In this document: in pieces, positions 28,189-35,500 of the stretch
How positions within the stretch are numbered: the first letter of the stretch is position 1
How the letters are laid out: the number at the start of each line of letters is the position of its first letter
Assembly: GCA_903946925.1 (NCBI GenBank)
Contig: CAJAXK010000053.1
Location: forward strand, 5,558-69,557
DNA length: 64,000 nucleotides
Direction: 5' to 3'
Origin: an uncultured Bacteroidales bacterium
GTDB taxonomy: Bacteria; Bacteroidota; Bacteroidia; Bacteroidales; UBA4417
Translations under genes and position numbers: made by a program
The notes under the pieces: generated by a model
Database searches by the model: none
Seen by the model: the letters and a program-made list of their open reading frames with translations, nothing else
What the model was told of the DNA's origin: nothing

Positions 28189-28776
28189 ATACTTTTTTTT
28201 ATTCAGGCAATAGTGAAGAAAAAAAAACGTAAAAATTGATAAAAAATCTTCACGTCCCTTGCAAATCGTTGACTTTAAACCAATAACAAGCATTTCATTT
28301 GCCAAATTTACACTAATTAAATCAAACTTCATCCGTTTAGATAGGATTGTACAAAGCTTTTCATAGTTTGGAATCACAAAAATACAATTAAATTATTGGC
28401 TTGTTTAGATCCGGTCCAAAATTTTCTTTTTGTTTTTCTACTCAAAACTGTGCGATCGCAAACATTATTTTTGAAATCATTAGGAATGAGATCATTCTGA
28501 AAAACCGTTTTTAGCCACAAAGTGCCACACATGGCGCTACAGTGCGTGCACACTGAGCTTGCCGAAGTGGCACAAAACAACTCTGATTCCTTAGTTTGTA
28601 GCAATATATATCAATGGTTTATGAGAGTTAATTTCGAAGTGTAATAATGGCGTTTCTTAATTTTTTGGTTAGAGTAGCTTATACAATTTTAAAATTTATT
28701 TGGAAATATGGATAAATGTATATATTTTGGCTGCTTCAAATGAAAAAACTACCAACCTAACCTTAAAATTTAAAAA

Positions 28777-30540
28777 ATGAAAAAAAATCTACTCTTGGCA
28801 ATTTCGTTTGCCATAGCAAGTTCAAGCCTTTTGGCAGGTGGGATAATGACAAACACCAACCAAAGTGCTGCTTATGCACGCATGCTTGCCCGAAATGCAA
28901 CCTTAGGGATTGATGCCGTGTATTACAACCCGGCGGGACTTACAAAATTGGGAAATGGCTTTCACCTTTCGTTAAACAACCAATCAATCTTTCAAACCAA
29001 AGACGTTATTAACGATTATAAATACCTGAATGGAACACCCACAACCTATACAGGTATTGTTGAAGCTCCTGTCTTTCCTGGAGTATATGCAGCGTATAAA
29101 ATGGACAAGCTTGCTTTTTCCTTTGGTTTTAACCCAGTAGGAGGTGGCGGTGGTGCCCAATATGATACAGGTTTGCCTTCATTCGAAATGCCTATTTCGG
29201 ATTTAGTGCCTATGTTGGGGCCTAAAAGTGCAACTGATCCTGGTTTTGGAGTAACTAAATATTCAGCGGGTATTAATTTCGAGGGTACATCCGTTTACTT
29301 TGGTTATCAGTTTGGCGTTTCATACGAAATTAACCCTTCCATTTCCTTATTCGCTGGTTTACGTGCAGTTAGTGCAGAGAACACGTACAAAGGTACAATC
29401 ACTGATATAATGGTGAACCCTACTTATACTGCTGCACCAGCAATCCCTGGATTTACTTCCCCAACATTTAACGGTAGTTTTGTTAGGGCCGATAAATTTG
29501 CAACTGATATGAAAGACTACTATACAGCAGGTTCTACCTATTATGCAGGTGTTTCTACCTACTACGCAGGTGTAGCTACACAATACAATACCGCGGCTGC
29601 TGGTGCTGGAAGCCTTACTGCTGCTGGTTTAGGGGCATATACTTTTGCTCAGGCACAGGCTGCCGGTGCTATTACCGCTACTCAGCAGGCCCAGTTTGAG
29701 GGTGCTTTAACAGCTGCTGGCCAACCTGTTTCCACGCCAATAGCACAAGCCCAGGTTGTTTACACAACTACTGCAGGTCAGGCATCGGCTGGTTCAACAC
29801 AAGCCGCAGCCGGTTCGGCCCAAATGGCTGGCGGTGCAACACAAATGGGCGTACTGGCTGGTAAAACAGGCAATGCCGAAGTAGATGTGGTACAAAAAGG
29901 TACCGGTTATACACCCATATTCGGTGCCAACCTTACCATTGCCGAAAAGTTGACCTTAGCCATCAAGTATGAAATGATAACTAAAATTGAACTGAAAAAC
30001 GAAACCAAAATTGACGAAACCGGCAAATTCCCCAATGGGGCAACGTCAAGGGCCGATATGCCCGCAATGCTCGCAATTGGTGCATCCTATCCAGTTACCA
30101 AAAAGTTGAATGCTTCGTTAGGTTTTAATTATTACTTCGACAAAACTGCAGATTATGGAAAAACCGATAATTTAGGCAACCATATTGACAACAGTGATTT
30201 GATTGACAAAAACTATTTTGAGCTGGCTGTGGGCTTAGAATATAATTTTACCGAAAAATTCTTGTTGAGTACCGGATTCCTTACATCCCAAACGGGTGTT
30301 TCGAAAGAATACCAAACCGATTTGAGCTATAGCCTTTCATCAAATACAGCGGCATTTGGTGGGCAATATAAAATTTCGCCTGCAATTGGCCTTAACCTTG
30401 GAGGTGTATATACAATGTATGCCGAAGACGAAAAGCCTTTTACACATCAATTAGGTACAAGTTTTATCCCTGTTACCGAAAACTATTCCAAATCAACCTG
30501 GTTGGTTGCAGTTGGGTTAGATATTAAAATAGGGAAATAA
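28777..30540 (+). CDS. FadL/TodX-like outer-membrane beta-barrel protein with a low-complexity A/G/T/Q-rich insertion
   Basis: Signal peptide; N-terminal GGIMTNTNQSAAYARMLARNATLGIDAVYYNPAGL resembles the OMPP1/FadL hatch region; beta-strand-like C-terminal half. The family call is tentative. Confidence 0.5.
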   Translation: MKKNLLLAISFAIASSSLLAGGIMTNTNQSAAYARMLARNATLGIDAVYYNPAGLTKLGNGFHLSLNNQSIFQTKDVINDYKYLNGTPTTYTGIVEAPVFPGVYAAYKMDKLAFSFGFNPVGGGGGAQYDTGLPSFEMPISDLVPMLGPKSATDPGFGVTKYSAGINFEGTSVYFGYQFGVSYEINPSISLFAGLRAVSAENTYKGTITDIMVNPTYTAAPAIPGFTSPTFNGSFVRADKFATDMKDYYTAGSTYYAGVSTYYAGVATQYNTAAAGAGSLTAAGLGAYTFAQAQAAGAITATQQAQFEGALTAAGQPVSTPIAQAQVVYTTTAGQASAGSTQAAAGSAQMAGGATQMGVLAGKTGNAEVDVVQKGTGYTPIFGANLTIAEKLTLAIKYEMITKIELKNETKIDETGKFPNGATSRADMPAMLAIGASYPVTKKLNASLGFNYYFDKTADYGKTDNLGNHIDNSDLIDKNYFELAVGLEYNFTEKFLLSTGFLTSQTGVSKEYQTDLSYSLSSNTAAFGGQYKISPAIGLNLGGVYTMYAEDEKPFTHQLGTSFIPVTENYSKSTWLVAVGLDIKIGK

Positions 30541-30554
30541 AATTTTACTTTTAA

Positions 30555-30770
30555 ATGTTGAGTCCACTCCGAAAACCTAAAAATGAAGAAACGCCACTAA
30601 GACACTACGAAACAAAGGTTCACAAAGCATTGCTATTCAGTGTTATAAACTTAGTGAACTTAGCGAAGCGATATCACGAACTCCTTTAAAATAAGCAATT
30701 GTGAGTAAACTTAGAGACTTTGTGCCTTTGTGGCGTAAAAAGACTTTTAGAAGTGGATTAAATGTTACAA
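30555..30770. repeat. About 200-bp imperfect palindromic element in the 3' region of the FadL-like gene
   Basis: Outer arms gtccactccgaaaacct / agacttttagaagtggat. Inner arms acgccac..caaaggttcacaaag / ctttgtgcctttgtggcgt. Internal aaacttag direct repeats. Confidence 0.5.
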
Positions 30771-30772
30771 GC

Positions 30773-30805
30773 AAAGGCCCCCTTTTAGGGGCTTTTGCCT
30801 TTTTA
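30773..30805 (+). terminator. Terminator-like hairpin upstream of the NRPS promoter
   Basis: AAAGGCCCC CTTTTA GGGGCTTTT followed by GCCTTTTTATT. Confidence 0.5.
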
Positions 30806-30942
30806 TTGGGTGGCATATTGGATAATCCGGGAGTAATTCTGCGTTTTTAATGCGTAAAATCGTGAAGGATTCTGATTTCCATAATGATTTTCACTTGAGT
30901 TCAAACCCAAATACAGCTTTTACTATTTATACACAAAAAAAC

Positions 30943-30950
30943 TATATTTG
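30943..30950 (+). promoter_or_regulatory. Candidate -7 box TATATTTG for the NRPS operon
   Basis: Matches TAnnTTTG 27 nt upstream of the ATG at 30977. Confidence 0.4.
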
Positions 30951-30976
30951 TGGTTTGGTTGAAATAACAGGAAAGC

Positions 30977-32520
30977 ATGGATTTATCCCTCATAGATATT
31001 TTAGACGAAGCCACCTCGAAACATGCTGATAAGCTGGCAGTTAAAACAGAAGTAGATTCTTACTCCTATCTTGAATTTCAAAATAGTACGGTAAATTTTT
31101 CAAGGCAATTGCTCATTTCGGGCTGTGCAGATGCGGGATTGATCGGGGTTTATTTTGAAAGGTCTTTCGAGATGGTTTTAGGTATTTTTGGCATCCTTCG
31201 AACAGGTTGTGCCTACGTTCCGGCAGACCCTAACAACCCGCAAAAAAGAACTTCCACATTATATAAAAACCTCAATATCAAATATGTTGTAACAAGCCAG
31301 CAATTTAAGCCTATAATCGAGGAAATGGGTTTTGTGGCTATTGTTCCAGAAATAGATTTGAAAACCCCACGACCAGGAATTTGCAATCCTGTTCCACCCA
31401 ATTCAACTGCCTATATACTTTTTACCAGTGGCTCCACCGGCGAACCCAAAGGCGTTGAAGTGCCTCATAATTCTGTTGTTAATCTTGTAATTTACATCCA
31501 GGACAGGTATCCGCTGTTGGAAGGTGAAAAAGTACTCCTGAAATCGCCCTATACTTTCGATGGTTCGGTTTGGGAGTTGTTTGGCTGGATATTGATGGGC
31601 GGTACACTTTATATTTGCAATCCCGGCGATGAGAAAAACCCTCAAAACTTAGCCAAGTTAATAGCCAAGGAACAGATAAACTTCCTGTTTTTTGTGCCTT
31701 CGATGTTGTCGGTTTTTATTGATTATATTGATTTACAAAGGGATAAAACCAACTTGTCTTCGCTAAAATGGGTTTCTGTTGGGGGCGAAGTGCTTACGCC
31801 AACCCTAGTAAAACATTTTTACAAAGCTTTACGAAACCATCAAGTAAGGTTGATAAATGTATATGGCCCAACCGAAACCACAGTTTATGCCACTACTTAT
31901 TTATGCGACCCGAATAAGGATTACATTAAATTACCTATTGGCAAAGTTGTTAACGGCGATTATATTTATATTTTGGATGCCGATCTTAAACAGCTTGCCC
32001 CTGGACAGGAAGGCGAAATATGTATTGGTGGCGCTGGTGTGGCAAAAGGTTATTTCAACTCCGGGCTTTATACAAAAGAAAAATTTATTGACGATCCGAT
32101 TACAGGTGTAGGTAAGATATACAGGACTGGCGACATTGGCATGCAATTGCCCAATGGGATGTACGATTTTATTGGAAGAAAGGATTTTCAGGTTAAACTG
32201 CGTGGTCAGCGCATCGAGTTGGGCGAGGTTGAAAATGCCTTGCAACAAATAGATGGGGTTCTGGAATGTGTTGCTGTTTATGCCAAGGACAGGAATAACG
32301 ATGGCAGCCTGATTGCATTTATCAGGCCACAAACTGAATCATTTACACAAATATCTGTATTTCAATTAGCTGATACTGTATATGCCGATTCGCTAAGAAC
32401 GAAATTGATGGAGTTTATTCCATCCTACATGATCCCATCAGAGATAATACTTTGTGAAAGATTCCCTTTGAATCAAAATGGCAAAATTGACCGTTCGGCA
32501 TTGCCACCCATTTCCACTTT
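30977..32520 (+). other. NRPS adenylation domain A1
   Basis: A3 FTSGSTGEPKG (about 31421), A4 FDGSVWE, A5 NVYGPTETT, A7 YRTGD, A8 GRKDFQVKLRGQRIELGE, A10 NGKIDR (about 32474). Confidence 0.9.
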
Positions 32521-35500
32521 GCTCGATTCGGGATTGGAGAATGGTTTTCAGCCCCAAAATGAGGATGGGCAAACTATATATTCCATTTGGAAGCGGATAC
32601 TTGCACGGGATGTAATTGCATCCGACGAGGACTTTTTTCAGGCTGGCGGCCATTCTTTAAAAGCAATTCAGGTTATAACCGAAATAATCAAAACCTTTGA
32701 TCTCGAAATCCCATTATCCATTTTTTACAATAAACTCACCCTTCCTTCATTATGTGCATATATTGCTGAAAATGCCAATTCAGCCCATGCAATGCTTGAT
32801 TATAAGTTTAAAACCAGCCCGAAAAAAAACAATTATAGCCTTACCCCGGTTCAGTCCGAAATATGGGTAATGAACAGTTTTGACCCAACAGGCATTACCC
32901 ATAACATACAAATTGAATTTACTGTTGAAGGAAATGTAGGAATTGACCAGTTTTTGGATGCCATTAAACAAACCATTCGTTCGGAAGATTCCTTTCGCTC
33001 GGTTTTTCCGTTTAACGGCGAAGAACCTGTTCAAATAGTGCTTGGATCGGTTGATTTTCAGATTCCTTTTAGCGATTTGTCTTCGCTTTCAATACTCCAA
33101 AAGGATGAGACGTATGCCGAGATTGTTCACTTAAACGGCCATGTTTTGTTCGATTTTAACAAACTTCCGTTGTTTTCCCTGCATTTGGTGAAATGGGAAA
33201 CCCATAGTTTCCGGTTGTTGATGGCTATTCATCATATCATTTTCGACGGTTGGTCGCTATCCCTTTTTATGCAAAGGGTAATGCAAAGGTATAACGGGAA
33301 CGAACCCCCAAAAAGCCTGTATAGCAATGGCGACTATTCGCATTGGCTGAAAGAGTATACCCTCGAATCGGGTTATGGTAAAGAATTCGGCTATTGGGAG
33401 AAAGCATTGCAGCATATTCCCGCCAGGCTTTCATTGCCCACAAAGCCAGGAGCCGATTTTTCTAAAGCCGGGATGTATGGGAAAAGGCATTGGTGGTGGC
33501 TTCCCGAAAAATTGGCATCCCAAATTGATGCCTTTGCTACTTCACAAAATACAACACCTTTTGTTGTTTTGATTAGCGCGTATCATATTGTGCTGGCAAA
33601 ACATGCCAACCAGCGCGAAATTATTGTCGGCACACCTTTTGCTAACAGGCAACACCCCATGACAGGCGAACTGATTGGGTATTTTACAAATATGGTGAGC
33701 ATATCCTCCATAATTGGCGAAAATGATACGTTTGCCGATTTGATTGCCCGCTGCAACGAAGCTTCGATTGGTTCATTTTCTAATGCCTTGCTCCCTTTTG
33801 GTGAATTGGTGAAAAGATTGGGTCTCAAATTCCAACCAGGGGTTTATCCCATTTATCAAGCAATGTTCGTGTTGCAAAACTGGCCGCACCAGCCTTCCGA
33901 AAATGAAGGATTCCGCTTTACGCAAAAGGAAATTGGGAACGAAACCTGTAAAATGGATTTGCTTCTGAATATTGAAAAGTGCGATAACCGCTATGGCTGC
34001 TGGATCGAATTTGATACCCAACTATTTACCGACCAATTAATTGCTGCCCTATCCAATGATTTTAATCACATCCTGGAGCGCATCGTTTCCCGTCCCGATA
34101 GTAATGTGCTGTTGGAAATAGGGACCATGGGACTTCCTTATAAGGATGCTATGGCTGAAACCTGCATGGTTATTGGTGAAGGATCCCTGGCCATTTATTG
34201 TGCCGAACAGCTTTTCCAACAAGGGTTTTCCATCCAAAAAATTATTTCAATAGACGAAAAATTAATACCGTTTGCCCAAAAACACAATATAAAAGTTGAA
34301 ACTGAATTAAGCAATAGTATTGATATTGAGCAGGTTGATTATATTTTTAGCATCAACAACAGCTTAATCCTCACTCCAGAAATACTCGGTAAGGTTACGA
34401 AACTTGCAATCAATTACCACGATTCGCCGCTTCCCAAATATGCAGGGATGTACGCAACAAATCAGGCGATTTTAAACGGTGAAACCTGTCATGGCGTTTC
34501 GTGGCATAGCATTACGGCACAAATTGATGCAGGCCACCTACTGGCTTCCGCCAAAGTTGATGTATTTGAAACCGATACTGCTTATTCGCTGAACATGAGG
34601 TGCTACGAAGCTGCAATAAACAGCTTTGGGTTGCTGTTAAATGATATTAAAAAAGGGAATCCCAATCCCCAACCCCAGGACTTGGGGCAGCGCAGTTATT
34701 TCCAGCTATGGCATCGGCCAGCGGGATTTGGAATAATTGATTGGCAAAAACCGGTGGGCGAAATTGGTAGGCTTTTAAGGGCTTGTGATTTTGGGCCGCA
34801 TACCGAAAATGCTTTTTTGCTGCCCTATATTTATGTCAACAATAAGTTTTACAACCTTTTAAAAGCTACCTGTTTAGCCAGAAAAAACACCAAACCTGGC
34901 ATCGTAAGTGTTATAAATAATACAATAGGTGTTGGATGTAAGGATGGAATTCTTCTTGTTGAAAAATTATCGGATCAGTCAGGAAACGAAATTTCACCTT
35001 CTGAAATCCTATTTGAAGGGCAGTTTTTGACCCAGCTCCAACCTGAAATTATAGGGCAAATATATGCGCATTATAAAAAGTGGGCAAAATATGAACCCTT
35101 TTGGGTAAAGCAATTCCTACAATCGGAATATTTCAAAATCCCTTTTCTTGAAAGTGGTTACAAGTTGATTAATGAATGGTATAATATAGAAGATATAGAT
35201 TATCAGAGGATTAGTGCGCAAAAGCTGGGCCGTGCCGAAACCCTCGAAGCTTTGGTGGCCTATTATTTTCTTAGGCTGGCACGCAAAAACCGTGGAACGT
35301 TTGCCTATTCCGATACTTGCGAAAGCGGTGAAATGCCTTTTGGCCACTGGAAACCCCTCAATATTGAAATTGATGGGGATGAAACTTTAGGGGAAACCAT
35401 TTCAAAAATATGCTCGCTGATCGCCGAAATTAAATTGAATGGGAACTATTGTTCAAATATACTGGACCGCTTCCCTTTACTCTCTGATTTAAAGGGAAAA

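Noticed and set aside
28147-28604. ORFs 28147-28377 and 28374-28604 (minus) in the 600-bp spacer upstream of the FadL-like gene
   Set aside because: The first overlaps the tRNA-Glu gene and its promoter. Both have odd composition and no motifs. The region is treated as non-coding, with a possible structured element (see findings).
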